In this document: positions 1-13,038 of the stretch, piece after piece
How positions within the stretch are numbered: position 1 is the stretch's first letter
Layout: each line of letters begins with the position of its first letter
Assembly: GCA_964016885.1 (NCBI GenBank)
Contig: OZ024740.1
Coordinates: 428,234,001 to 428,298,000 of the forward strand
From: Eledone cirrhosa
Lineage: Eukaryota
Direction of reading: 5' to 3'
DNA: 64,000 nucleotides
Translations under genes and position numbers: made by a program
The notes under the pieces: model-generated
Databases searched by the model: none
What the model was told of the DNA's origin: nothing
The model's input: only the letters and a program-made list of their open reading frames with translations

Positions 1-182
1 TTTTAAGGAATTACACCAGTCCAGCCTCCTGTTATTTTATAATAATTAACTCCATACTCGCACCACCAACTACACAAACGAAGACGGGTGACTTGCATTA
101 CGTCGAGAGCTCTCCATAATATTACATCGAGGTTGACCATACGGAATGACCAGTTCTATCCAGTGGTGAACCAACAAACCTA
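1..182 (+). mobile_element. 3' tail of a Penelope-like (PLE) non-coding element, running into (TA)n
   Basis: Diverged reverse-complement match to 49861-50040, which lies just downstream of a hammerhead motif; ends TGGTGAACCAACAAACC then (TA)n. Confidence 0.65.
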
Positions 183-187
183 AATAA

Positions 188-247
<60 letters not shown>

Positions 248-297
248 TAATAAAGTAATGAATAAACAAAGAAACAGTTCCTTATATTAAAAAAAAT

Positions 298-438
298 TCA
301 TCATTTTACGATCGTTTCTAGGATATATATGTGTTAGTGTTGGTATGCATATTCTATAGATCTATGTAAAATATTATACAAACTATCAGAGGGAATATAT
401 ATACCTACACATATATATGCTGTCTTCAGAAATAATGA
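298..438 (-). ncRNA. Mirror copy of the 514-654 hammerhead in the inverted arm
   Basis: Reverse complement of 514-654. Confidence 0.7.
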
Positions 439-513
439 TATTTGTTTATTGAATAAACAAATATATATGCTGTCTTCAGAAATAATGATATTTTTTTATT
501 GAATAAACAAATA

Positions 514-654
514 TCATTATTTCTGAAGACAGCATATATATGTGTAGGTATATATATTCCCTCTGATAGTTTGTATAATATTTTACATAGATCTATAGAA
601 TATGCATACCAACACTAACACATATATATCCTAGAAACGATCGTAAAATGATGA
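514..654 (+). ncRNA. Type I hammerhead ribozyme with ~100-nt extended stem II
   Basis: Stem [19 protein letters not shown]; CTGAAGA 523-529; stem II ATATATATGTGT...ACACATATATAT; GAAA 634-637; palindromic CGATCG; cleavage triplet GUA. Confidence 0.75.
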
Positions 655-1251
655 ATTTTTTTTAATATAAGGAACTGTTTCTTTGTTTATTCATTACTTT
701 ATTAATTTATCTTGACTCTGTTTTCCGTTAATTTTCACCGAAAATAGTTTTTGAATGCATCTTCTCTTTTCATGATATCCGGATTACATTGAGTTCTTCA
801 TACGGATTGGACACTACCGTAAATTTTTGGTAGATTGATCTACATATATATATGTATATATATATATAATGCCAATCATCGAAAGTTTGAATTAGACATG
901 CAAAAACATATATATATATATGTATATATATATATAAATATATATGTATAGATATATATGAATAAAGTAAGCCCAAATTATAGTAGATTCAAATATCACA
1001 GAGAGAAAGAGGGAGTGGGGAGAAATGAGGTGCAACAGAAATGAAACATAGATTACAGGTTAAAATATAGTCTAGATAGATGTGAAACAAAACGAGGATG
1101 TAGTTTATGGAACACCCAAATGATTTAGAAGTCGACCTTAAGTAGAAGCAATAATAACATTAAGAAAGACATGAACGACACCACAACAATTTGTTTTGAA
1201 AATTTTGAAAGTAGGTTTATAAGTATGAATTTTCATCAGACTATCGTAGTT

Positions 1252-1326
1252 GTCTCTGTGGCCTAGCGGTAGTTAATAGAGATATTGGAGCTCCTGGCCT
1301 TGGGTTCAATCCTGGTCCAGAGGTAC
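1252..1326 (+). ncRNA. tRNA-like Pol III unit A
   Basis: A-box-like TGGCCTAGCGG, B-box GGTTCAATCC, acceptor-like TCTCTG/CAGAGG, upstream TTTATAA, downstream TTTT; no canonical anticodon loop. Confidence 0.55.
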
Positions 1327-1393
1327 ATGTAACCTTTTCCAGTTTTATTTTACAACCCATAGAAAAAAATTGAAAGGGTTTACTGGGAACCCT

Positions 1394-1465
1394 ACTCCCG
1401 ACCAGGATCGAACTTCAGAGCAGGATCACCACCGTCTATGATTGTTCCAGCTAGGTCGCCGAGAC
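1394..1465 (-). ncRNA. tRNA-like Pol III unit B (convergent with unit A)
   Basis: Minus strand GTCTCGGCGACCTAGCTGG...AGTTCGATCCTGGTCGGGAG followed by a T-run; upstream TTTATAA. Confidence 0.55.
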
Positions 1466-1684
1466 AGCTACGAAAATATAAAGAAAATGATAATTATAAA
1501 CGTACTTTAAAAATTAAAGTTTAAACAATCTTGTGTCGTTCATGGCTTTCCTAGAGCTATTAGTAATATTTAGGGTGGACTCGTCAATCTTCTGGCTCTT
1601 TGGTCACAGCCTTATTATTGTTATGTGTGTTTAACTGTTGAATTAATTTAAATATTGATTATTTTAACAAACAAATAATATATG

Positions 1685-1719
<35 letters not shown>

Positions 1720-1720
1720 G

Positions 1721-1753
<33 letters not shown>

Positions 1754-1755
<2 letters not shown>

Positions 1756-1920
1756 CGAAGGAAATGTGGTAAGCAACCAGGTGGACCATAACGCACCAAA
1801 GTACTCAATACTTGGGGTAGTAGAGTGGGTAATAGGAACCAGTAAGACCCCGACGGCTGAGCTCAAGCCGTTTCGACGGCTCGAAACGGCTAGAGCTCAG
1901 CCGTCGGGGTCTTACTGGTT

Positions 1921-1925
<5 letters not shown>
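1754..1925 (-). mobile_element. Short fold-back element (family B) with hammerhead 3' half at the palindrome apex
   Basis: Inverted repeat 1832-1925 centred on TTTCGACGGCTCGAAA; flanked by (TA)n; homologous to 27961-28125 and 43628-43837. Confidence 0.75.
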
Positions 1926-1980
<55 letters not shown>

Positions 1981-1983
<3 letters not shown>

Positions 1984-2868
1984 TGTTATACTTGGGGAGG
2001 GTCATATTGTTGCAATAATATTGCCAGAATTAATAACAGAGCACACTCACTGTTTGGTTGGTTTTCGCTTCTGTATCTTTTATATCATTTAATTTATTCG
2101 GTCCTCAATGTTTACCATTAACTGATCAACGGTCAAAAATACAGATATAATATTTGTCTGTTAAAATAATCAATTTAAATTAATTCAACAGTTAAACACA
2201 CGTGGGAATAATAAGGCTGTGACCAAAGAGCCAGAAGATTGACAAGTCCACCATAAATATTACTAATAGCTCTAGGAAAGCCATGAACGACACCAGATCG
2301 TTTAAACTTTAATTTTGTAAGTAGGTTTATAATTATCAATTTTCTTTATATTTTTGTAGCTGTCTGAGTGGCCTAGTTGTAAGAATCATAGACGGTCGTG
2401 ATCCTTGTCTGAAGTTTGATCCTGGTCGGGAGTAGGCTTCCCAGAAAACCTTTTCAGTTTTTTCCATGGGTTGTAAAATGAAAACTGAAAAAGATTACAT
2501 GTACCTCTGGACTAGGATTGAACCCAAGGCCAGGAGCTCCAATATCTCTATTAACTACCGCTAGGCCACAGAGACAACTACGATAGTCTTATGAAAATTC
2601 ATACTTATAAACCCACTTTCAAAATTTTTAAAACAAAGTGTTGTGGTGTCGTTTATGTCTTTCTTAATGTTATTGCTTCTACTTAGGGTGGACTTCTAAG
2701 TCATTTGTGTGTTGCCTAAACTACTATGTCGTTTTGTTTCACATCTATCTAGAATATATTTCAACCTGTAATCCATGTTTCATTTCTGTTGCACCTCATT
2801 TCTCCTCCTCCCTCTCTTTCTCTCTCCTCTCCGTGATATTTGAATCTAGTATCATTTGGGCTTACTTT
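1981..2868 (-). mobile_element. Twin tRNA-like element copy 2, ending in the Penelope 3' terminus
   Basis: tRNA-like units at ~2362-2433 (+) and ~2503-2575 (-); minus-strand end ATGACCCTCCCCAAGTATAACAAT matches 44669-44692. Confidence 0.7.
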
Positions 2869-2875
2869 ATATATA

Positions 2876-3069
2876 TATTTATTAAAATAACAGATTAAAG
2901 TTTAAGCAAAGAAGCGCTGCTTTCACTCTTAACGGGATCTTCTGAAACTAAAAAAAATTAATCTGTGAACGCAGAAGTAAATATTTCGAAAAACGCTGCA
3001 ACCGAAGGAAAACAGGAAGAGGATACTTTGGTTCGTGGAAACGTTCCCTGGCAAAGAACGGGAAAAAAC

Positions 3070-3071
<2 letters not shown>
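2876..3071 (-). mobile_element. (TA)n-anchored short element (family C)
   Basis: Same terminus TATTTATTAAAATAACAGATTAAAGTTTAAGCAAAGAA at 2876, ~17070, ~17217 (inverted) and ~46455. Confidence 0.6.
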
Positions 3072-3158
<87 letters not shown>

Positions 3159-3235
3159 AGTATTGAAAAGATATATATATATGTATATATATATGTATAT
3201 ATATGTATATATATATATATATGTGTGTGGTGTGT

Positions 3236-3314
<79 letters not shown>

Positions 3315-3322
<8 letters not shown>

Positions 3323-3600
3323 AAAACGAGGATGTAGTTTATGGAACACCCAAATGATTTAGAAGTCGACCTTAAGTAGGAACAATAACATTAAGAAAGA
3401 CATGAACAACACCACAACACTTTGTTTTCAAAATTTTGAAAGTAGGTTTATAAGTATGAATTTTCATAAGATTATCGTAGTTGTCTCTGTGGCCTAGCGG
3501 TAGTTACTAGAGATGGTGGAGATCCTGTCCTTAGGTTCAGTCTTGGTCAAGAGGTAGTGTAAGCTTTTTCTGTTTTTATTTTACATCCCATAAAAAAAAC
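3315..3600 (+). mobile_element. Partial third copy of the twin tRNA-like element (unit A at ~3483-3555)
   Basis: Direct match to 1081-1370. Confidence 0.7.
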
Positions 3601-3607
3601 TAAAAAT

Positions 3608-3722
3608 GCAATTAATCCACTACGTTACTGGTACTTTATTTTATTGACCCCGTAAGGATGAAAAGCAAAGTTAACCTCGGTGGGATTTGAACTCAGACCA
3701 TAAAGGGCCGTAACTCTTTGCT
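3608..3722 (-). mobile_element. tRNA-derived SINE (Meta-domain-like), partial
   Basis: Reverse complement of the family core GAGTTCAAATCC...TTTGCCTTTCATCCTTACGGGGTCGATAAAATAAAGTACCAGT. Confidence 0.75.
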
Positions 3723-4436
3723 GAAAATAATATAATGTCTCAAACGAACGCGCTCAAACAACAAACTTCTTCGGCGTGCCTCGGTGTGAATCTGCAGCTT
3801 CCAACAACAGATATAACCAAATACTACGACATATTTTGGCCGATGCTCTACCGATTTTAACCTCTAGCAGCTCTGAGTATATTTGTGTCTGTGTCTATGT
3901 TTCTGTAGAAGAATATTTCCAAATACATCAATAATATGTAAGTATATAGACAACAAATCATTGGGTGAATGGCGCAAACTAAATTGTTATGATGAATAGA
4001 TAGAAAGATTTAATGAATAAAGTTAGGAAATGTTTGAATCCAGAGAATAAAGGTTATGAGGGCTCACGATAAAATGCGGCTCAACAAATCTGGGTTTTTG
4101 TTGTAGCTTGGTTGGATGGAATGGGATGGGAATCAGAGGAGAGAATATCTTCTGTCTGATCAATATCTCGGCACCGAAAATTGAGAATTCATGTCAGAGT
4201 AGCTCACAGTAAGCGAATTGACATGTTGGAGCTATATGTGTTAAAGGTCGTCAGTTGTAGTGAATGACCTCCCCCCTCTCTCCAGTGTCAGGTACCGATC
4301 ACTATCTTGATGACCATTCGTCAAAACAAGATGCGGGGTTTACATGCTTCTCGTGTTATTACTGAAGTCAGCAGCAGCCAATAACACTCAAATGCAGCAA
4401 CTTTTCAAAATAAAAACTACCAACAACATTATTTGT

Positions 4437-4623
4437 TGTGGATTGGCAGTATCAGTAGAGGGTCGTACGCCATGCTTTCCAGCATAGTTACGTCCCTTTA
4501 CGATCTGAGTTCAAATCCCGCCGAGGTTGACTTTGCCTTTCATCCTTACGGGGTCGATAAAATAAAGTACCAGTAATACACTGGGTAATTGCTGGCCTTG
4601 TGCCTAAAGTAGAAACAATTATT
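4437..4623 (+). mobile_element. tRNA-derived SINE (Meta-domain-like)
   Basis: A-box TGGCAGTATCAGTAG, B-box GAGTTCAAATCC, core GCCTTTCATCCTTACGGGGTCGATAAAATAAAGTACCAG, tail GGCCTTGTGCCTAAAGTAGAAACAATTATT. Confidence 0.85.
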
Positions 4624-4640
4624 TGTTATATTGTCAATAA

Positions 4641-4849
4641 TAATTTGTTTCTACTTTAGGCACGAGGCCAGCGATTTGGGGGGAGGAGAAATTCAACTAA
4701 ATCGATCCCAGTGTATTACTGGTCCTTTATTTCTCGAGTCTACAAGGATGACAGGTAAAGCTGACCTCGACGAGATTTGATCTCAGAACATAAAAGGCCT
4801 TAAATCTATGGCGCTAAGCATGTTGTTCTACGCTCTAGCGATTCTGCCG
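4641..4849 (-). mobile_element. tRNA-derived SINE, tail-to-tail with 4437-4623
   Basis: Reverse complement of the same family. Confidence 0.8.
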
Positions 4850-4933
4850 AATAATACCGACATAAGCAATATCGCTAGAATTTGCTTCCTATGCAATTCA
4901 CATTCCTTCATTTCACACACACACACACACACG

Positions 4934-4976
<43 letters not shown>

Positions 4977-5199
4977 GTCATATAATATAGATGGATTCTA
5001 AAATTGATAGATGTGCATCCACACTCCACGCAATATAAACACAATAATTTATATATGTATATATATATGTGTGTATGTGTGCGTGTGTGTGTGTATGTAT
5101 GTGTGTGTGATCATGTCATAGCTATCTCAGTAGCTGTATGAGAACCAATTAGGTCTTTTTGACATCAAACACCTGTGGTAAATCCTTGGCATCAGGTGA

Positions 5200-5511
5200 G
5201 CTGACTTCATGAACAACAACCAAGACGGTGAACGAACCCACCAAACAACGTGTGTTTAACATCATGCGCAAAGAAGCGTCTTGGCTGGTTGTGACATGTC
5301 ACATGACTACCACGTGAGAGACATGCTAATCAGGTCCTGTGTGGGTAGTGCCCCTTGGAAATATGTGAAGAGAACGTCCTAAGTGGAACTGGGGGCAGAC
5401 AATTGATAGGGCCCTGAAACTCGTCAGCAAAAGTTGGAATGATGTATTGATAGATGTAACTGACCATGGTCATTGGAACACTTTGGCTGCCTCATGTGTC
5501 TCAAGACATGG
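5200..5511 (+). pseudogene. Decayed C-terminus of an RTE-clade LINE reverse transcriptase
   Basis: Translates (with stops and a frameshift) KKRLGWL*HVT*LPRERHANQVL...RERPKWNWGQTIDRALKLVSKSWNDVLIDVTDHGHWNTLAASCVSRH, like the RTE RLRWLGHV...RGRPK..W motif; TAAGTCTAAGT tail at ~13051. Confidence 0.75.
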
Positions 5512-8500
5512 GATGTATTGATAGATGTAACTGACCGTGGTCATTGGAGCACTTTGGCTGCCTCATGTGTCTCAATACATGGAATGTATTGATAGATGTA
5601 ACTGACCATGGTCATTGGAACACTTTGGCTGCCTCATGTGTCTCAAGACATGGGATGTATTGATAGATGTAACTGACCATGGTCATTGGAACACTTTGGC
5701 TGCCTCATGTGTCTCAAGACATGGGATGTATTGATAGATGTAACTGACCATGGTCATTGGAACACTTTGGCTGCCTCATGTGTCTCAAGTCATGGAATGT
5801 ATTGATAGATGTAACTGACCGTGGTCATTGGAGCACTTTGGCTGCCTCATGTGTCTCAATACATGGAATGTATTGATAGATGTAACTGACCATGGTCATT
5901 GGAACACTTTGGCTGCCTCATGTGTCTCAAGACATGGGATGTATTGATAGATGTAACTGACCGTGGTCATTGGAACACTTTGGCTGCCTCATGTGTCTCA
6001 AGACATGGGATGTATTGATAGATGTAACTGACCATGGTCATTGGAACACTTTGGCTGCCTCATGTGTCTCAAGACATGGGATGTATTGATAGATGTAACT
6101 GACCATGGTCATTGGAACACTTTGGCTGCCTCATGTGTCTCAAGTCATGGGATGTATTGATAGATGTAACTGACCGTGGTCATTGGAGCACTTTGGCTGC
6201 CTCATGTGTCTCAAGACATGGGATGTATTGATAGATGTAACTGACCATGGTCATTGGAACACTTTGGCTGCCTCATGTGTCTCAAGACATGGGATGTATT
6301 GATAGATGTAACTGACGATGGTCATTGGAACACTTTGGCTGTCTCATGTGTCTCAAGACATGGGATGTATTGATAGATGTAACTGACCATGGTCATTGGA
6401 ACACTTTGGCTGCCTCATGTGTCTCAAGACATGGGATGTATTGATAGATGTAACTGACCGTGGTCATTGGAACACTTTGGCTGCCTCATGTGTCTCAAGT
6501 CATGGGATGTATTGATAGATGTAACTGACCATGGTCATTGGAGCACTTTGGCTGTCTCATGTGTCTCAAGACATGGGATGTATTGATAGATGTAACTGAC
6601 CATGGTCATTGGAGCACTTTGGCTGCCTCATGTGTCTCAATACATGGGATGTATTGATAGATGTAACTGACCGTGGTCATTGGAGCACTTTGGCTGCCTC
6701 ATGTGTCTCAAGTCATGGGATGTATTGATAGATGTAACTGACCGTGGTCATTGGAGCACTTTGGCTGTCTCATGTGTCTCAAGACATGGGATGTATTGAT
6801 AGATGTAACTGACCATGGTCATTGGAGCACTTTGGCTGCCTCATGTGTCTCAATACATGGGATGTATTGATAGATGTAACTGACCGTGGTCATTGGAGCA
6901 CTTTGGCTGTCTCATGTGTCTCAAGACATGGGATGTATTGATAGATGTAACTGACCATGGTCATTGGAGCACTTTGGCTGCCTCATGTGTCTCAATACAT
7001 GGGATGTATTGATAGATGTAACTGACCGTGGTCATTGGAGCACTTTGGCTGTCTCATGTGTCTCAAGACATGGGATGTATTGATAGATGTAACTGACCGT
7101 GGTCATTGGAACACTTTGGCTGCCTCATGTGTCTCAAGTCATGGGATGTATTGATAGATGTAACTGACCGTGGTCATTGGAGCACTTTGGCTTTCTCATG
7201 TGTCTCAAGACATGGGATGTATTGATAGATGTAACTGACCGTGGTCATTGGAGCACTTTGGCTGTCTCATGTGTCTCAAGACATGGGATGTATTGATAGA
7301 TGTAACTGACCGTGGTCATTAGAGCACTTTGGCTGTCTCATGTGTCTCAAGACATGGGATGTATTGATAGATGTAACTGACCATGGTCATTGGAGCACTT
7401 TGGCTGCCTCATGTGTCTCAATACATGGGATGTATTGATAGATGTAACTGACCGTGGTCATTGGAGCACTTTGGCTGTCTCATGTGTCTCAAGACATGGG
7501 ATGTATTGATAGATGTAACTGACCATGGTCATTGGAGCACTTTGGCTGCCTCATGTGTCTCAATACATGGGATGTATTGATAGATGTAACTGACCGTGGT
7601 CATTGGAGCACTTTGGCTGTCTCATGTGTCTCAAGACATGGGATGTATTGATAGATGTAACTGACCATGGTCATTGGAACACTTTGGCTGCCTCATGTGT
7701 CTCAAGACATGGGATGTATTGATAGATGTAACTGACCGTGGTCATTGGAACACTTTGGCTGTCTCATGTGTCTCAAGTCATGGGATGTATTGATAGATGT
7801 AACTGACCGTGGTCATTGGAGCACTTTGGCTGCCTCATGTGTCTCAAGTCATGGGATGTATTGATAGATGTAACTGACCGTGGTCATTGGAGCACTTTGG
7901 CTGCCTCATGTGTCTCAATACATGGAATGTATTGATAGATGTAACTGACCATGGTCATTGGAACACTTTGGCTGCCTCATGTGTCTCAATACATGGGATG
8001 TATTGATAGATGTAACTGACCGTGGTCATTGGAACACTTTGGCTGCCTCATGTGTCTCAAGTCATGGGATGTATTGATAGATGTAACTGACCGTGGTCAT
8101 TGGAGCACTTTGGCTGTCTCATGTGTCTCAAGACATGGGATGTATTGATAGATGTAACTGACCATGGTCATTGGAGCACTTTGGCTGCCTCATGTGTCTC
8201 AATACATGGGATGTATTGATAGATGTAACTGACCGTGGTCATTGGAGCACTTTGGCTGTCTCATGTGTCTCAAGACATGGGATGTATTGATAGATGTAAC
8301 TGACCATGGTCATTGGAACACTTTGGCTGCCTCATGTGTCTCAAGACATGGGATGTATTGATAGATGTAACTGACCATGGTCATTGGAACACTTTGGCTG
8401 TCTCATGTGTCTCAAGTCATGGGATGTATTGATAGATGTAACTGACCGTGGTCATTGGAGCACTTTGGCTGTCTCATGTGTCTCAAGACATGGGATGTAT

Positions 8501-11500
8501 TGATAGATGTAACTGACCGTGGTCATTGGAACACTTTGGCTGCCTCATGTGTCTCAAGTCATGGGATGTATTGATAGATGTAACTGACCGTGGTCATTGG
8601 AGCACTTTGGCTGCCTCATGTGTCTCAATACATGGAATGTATTGATAGATGTAACTGACCATGATCATTGGAACACTTTGGCTGCCTCATGTGTCTCAAT
8701 ACATGGGATGTATTGATAGATGTAACTGACCGTGGTCATTGGAACACTTTGGCTGCCTCATGTGTCTCAAGTCATGGGATGTATTGATAGATGTTACTGA
8801 CCGTGGTCATTGGAGCACTTTGGCTGTCTCATGTGTCTCAAGACATGGGATGTATTGATAGATGTAACTGACCGTGGTCATTGGAGCACTTTGGCTGTCT
8901 CATGTGTCTCAAGACATGGGATGTATTGATAGATGTAACTGACCGTGGTCATTGGAGCACTTTGGCTGTCTCATGTGTCTCAAGACATGGGATGTATTGA
9001 TAGATGTAACTGACCATGGTCATTGGAGCACTTTGGCTGCCTCATGTGTCTCAATACATGGGATGTATTGATAGATGTAACTGACCGTGGTCATTGGAGC
9101 ACTTTGGCTGTCTCATGTGTCTCAAGACATGGGATGTATTGATAGATGTAACTGACCGTGGTCATTGGAACACTTTGGCTGCCTCATGTGTCTCAAGACA
9201 TGGGATGTATTGATAGATGTAACTGACCATGGTCATTGGAACACTTTGGCTGCCTCATGTGTCTCAAGACATGGGATGTATTGATAGATGTAACTGACCA
9301 TGGTCATTGGAACACTTTGGCTGCCTCATGTGTCTCAAGTCATGGGATGTATTGATAGATGTAACTGACCGTGGTCATTGGAGCACTTTGGCTGCCTCAT
9401 GTGTCTCAAGACATGGGATGTATTGATAGATGTAACTGACCATGGTCATTGGAACACTTTGGCTGCCTCATGTGTCTCAAGACATGGGATGTATTGATAG
9501 ATGTAACTGACCATGGTCATTGGAACACTTTGGCTGTCTCATGTGTCTCAAGACATGGGATGTATTGATAGATGTAACTGACCATGGTCATTGGAACACT
9601 TTGGCTGCCTCATGTGTCTCAAGACATGGGATGTATTGATAGATGTAACTGACCGTGGTCATTGGAACACTTTGGCTGCCTCATGTGTCTCAAGTCATGG
9701 GATGTATTGATAGATGTAACTGACCATGGTCATTGGAGCACTTTGGCTGTCTCATGTGTCTCAAGACATGGGATGTATTGATAGATGTAACTGACCATGG
9801 TCATTGGAGCACTTTGGCTGCCTCATGTGTCTCAATACATGGTATGTATTGATAGATGTAACTGACCGTGGTCATTGGAGCACTTTGGCTGTCTCATGTG
9901 TCTCAAGACATGGGATGTATTGATAGATGTAACTGACCATGGTCATTGGAGCACTTTGGCTGCCTCATGTGTCTCAATACATGGGATGTATTGATAGATG
10001 TAACTGACCGTGGTCATTGGAGCACTTTGGCTGTCTCATGTGTCTCAAGACATGGGATGTATTGATAGATGTAACTGACCATGGTCATTGGAGCACTTTG
10101 GCTGCCTCATGTGTCTCAATACATGGGATGTATTGATAGATGTAACTGACCGTGGTCATTGGAGCACTTTGGCTGTCTCATGTGTCTCAAGACATGGGAT
10201 GTATTGATAGATGTAACTGACCATGGTCATTGGAACACTTTGGCTGCCTCATGTGTCTCAAGACATGGGATGTATTGATAGATGTAACTGACCGTGGTCA
10301 TTGGAACACTTTGGCTGTCTCATGTGTCTCAAGTCATGGGATGTATTGATAGATGTAACTGACCGTGGTCATTGGAGCACTTTGGCTGTCTCATGTGTCT
10401 CAAGACATGGGATGTATTGATAGATGTAACTGACCGTGGTCATTGGAACACTTTGGCTGCCTCATGTGTCTCAAGTCATGGGATGTATTGATAGATGTAA
10501 CTGACCGTGGTCATTGGAGCACTTTGGCTGTCTCATGTGTCTCAAGACATGGGATGTATTGATAGATGTAACTGACCGTGGTCATTGGAACACTTTGGCT
10601 GCCTCATGTGTCTCAAGTCATGGGATGTATTGATAGATGTAACTGACCGTGGTCATTGGAGCACTTTAGCTGCCTCATGTGTCTCAATACATGGAATGTA
10701 TTGATAGATGTAACTGACCATGGTCATTGGAACACTTTGGCTGCCTCATGTGTCTCAATACATGGGATGTATTGATAGATGTAACTGACCGTGGTCATTG
10801 GAACACTTTGGCTGCCTCATGTGTCTCAAGTCATGGGATGTATTGATAGATGTAACTGACCGTGGTCATTGGAGCACTTTGGCTGTCTCATGTGTCTCAA
10901 GACATGGGATGTATTGATAGATGTAACTGACCATGGTCATTGGAGCACTTTGGCTGCCTCATGTGTCTCAATACATGGGATGTATTGATAGATGTAACTG
11001 ACCGTGGTCATTGGAGCACTTTGGCTGTCTCATGTGTCTCAAGACATGGGATGTATTGATAGATGTAACTGACCATGGTCATTGGAACACTTTGGCTGCC
11101 TCATGTGTCTCAAGACATGGGATGTATTGATAGATGTAACTGACCATGGTCATTGGAACACTTTCGCTGTCTCATGTGTCTCAAGTCATGGGATGTATTG
11201 ATAGATGTAACTGACCGTGGTCATTGGAGCACTTTGGCTGTCTCATGTGTCTCAAGACATGGGATGTATTGATAGATGTAACTGACCGTGGTCATTGGAA
11301 CACTTTGGCTGCCTCATGTGTCTCAAGTCATGGGATGTATTGATAGATGTAACTGACCGTGGTCATTGGAGCACTTTGGCTGCCTCATGTGTCTCAATAC
11401 ATGGAATGTATTGATAGATGTAACTGACCATGATCATTGGAACACTTTGGCTGCCTCATGTGTCTCAATACATGGGATGTATTGATAGATGTAACTGACC

Positions 11501-13038
11501 GTGGTCATTGGAACACTTTGGCTGCCTCATGTGTCTCAAGTCATGGGATGTATTGATAGATGTAACTGACCGTGGTCATTGGAGCACTTTGGCTGTCTCA
11601 TGTGTCTCAAGACATGGGATGTATTGATAGATGTAACTGACCGTGGTCATTGGAGCACTTTGGCTGTCTCATGTGTCTCAAGACATGGGATGTATTGATA
11701 GATGTAACTGACCGTGGTCATTGGAGCACTTTGGCTGTCTCATGTGTCTCAAGACATGGGATGTATTGATAGATGTAACTGACCATGGTCATTGGAGCAC
11801 TTTGGCTGCCTCATGTGTCTCAATACATGGGATGTATTGATAGATGTAACTGACCGTGGTCATTGGAGCACTTTGGCTGTCTCATGTGTCTCAAGACATG
11901 GGATGTATTGATAGATGTAACTGACCATGGTCATTGGAGCACTTTGGCTGCCTCATGTGTCTCAAGTCATGGGATGTATTGATAGATGTAACTGACCGTG
12001 GTCATTGGAGCACTTTGGCTGTCTCATGTGTCTCAAGACATGGGATGTATTGATAGATGTAACTGACCGTGGTCATTGGAACACTTTGGCTGCCTCATGT
12101 GTCTCAATACATGGGATGTATTGATAGATGTAACTGACCGTGGTCATTGGAGCACTTTGGCTGCCTCATGTGTCTCAATACATGGAATGTATTGATAGAT
12201 GTAACTGACCATGGTCATTGGAACACTTTGGCTGCCTCATGTGTCTCAATACATGGGATGTATTGATAGATGTAACTGACCGTGGTCATTGGAACACTTT
12301 GGCTGCCTCATGTGTCTCAAGTCATGGGATGTATTGATAGATGTAACTGACCGTGGTCATTGGAGCACTTTGGCTGTCTCATGTGTCTCAAGACATGGGA
12401 TGTATTGATAGATGTAACTGACCATGGTCATTGGAGCACTTTGGCTGCCTCATGTGTCTCAATACATGGGATGTATTGATAGATGTAACTGACCGTGGTC
12501 ATTGGAGCACTTTGGCTGTCTCATGTGTCTCAAGACATGGGATGTATTGATAGATGTAACTGACCATGGTCATTGGAACACTTTGGCTGCCTCATGTGTC
12601 TCAAGACATGGGATGTATTGATAGATGTAACTGACCATGGTCATTGGAACACTTTGGCTGTCTCATGTGTCTCAAGTCATGGGATGTATTGATAGATGTA
12701 ACTGACCGTGGTCATTGGAGCACTTTGGCTGTCTCATGTGTCTCAAGACATGGGATGTATTGATAGATGTAACTGACCGTGGTCATTGGAACACTTTGGC
12801 TGCCTCATGTGTCTCAAGTCATGGGATGTATTGATAGATGTAACTGACCGTGGTCATTGGAGCACTTTGGCTGCCTCATGTGTCTCAATACATGGAATGT
12901 ATTGATAGATGTAACTGACCATGGTCATTGGAACACTTTGGCTGCCTCATGTGTCTCAATACATGGGATGTATTGATAGATGTAACTGACCGTGGTCAGT
13001 GGAGCACTTTGTTTGTCTCATGCTTCACAAGACACAGG
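5441..13038. repeat. 71-bp tandem satellite, ~107 copies
   Basis: Unit GATGTATTGATAGATGTAACTGACC(A/G)TGGTCATTGGA(A/G)CACTTTGGCTG(C/T)CTCATGTGTCTCAA(GA/GT/TA)CATGG; no unique spacers. Confidence 0.97.

Larger units (their letters stand above)
244..845 (+). mobile_element. Fold-back hammerhead element (family A): inverted arm 244-~450 mirrored at ~500-708, unique 3' tail to ~845, flanked by (TA)n
   Basis: Near-perfect inverted repeat with a ~51-bp tandem duplication at the apex; second family member without the fold-back at 33448-33792. Confidence 0.8.
964..1678 (+). mobile_element. Non-autonomous element with two convergent tRNA-like units (copy 1, 3' truncated at (TA)n)
   Basis: Diverged inverted match to 2170-2868; same boundary AAAGTAAGCCCAAA next to (TA)n. 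Confidence 0.7.

Noticed and set aside
1252-1465. Genuine tRNA genes
   Set aside because: No 7-nt anticodon loop or canonical D/T arms; copies diverge like repeats; kept only as tRNA-like
5441-13038. CRISPR-like array (regular repeats with palindromes)
   Set aside because: No unique spacers; the whole 71-bp unit repeats; eukaryotic context and no cas genes
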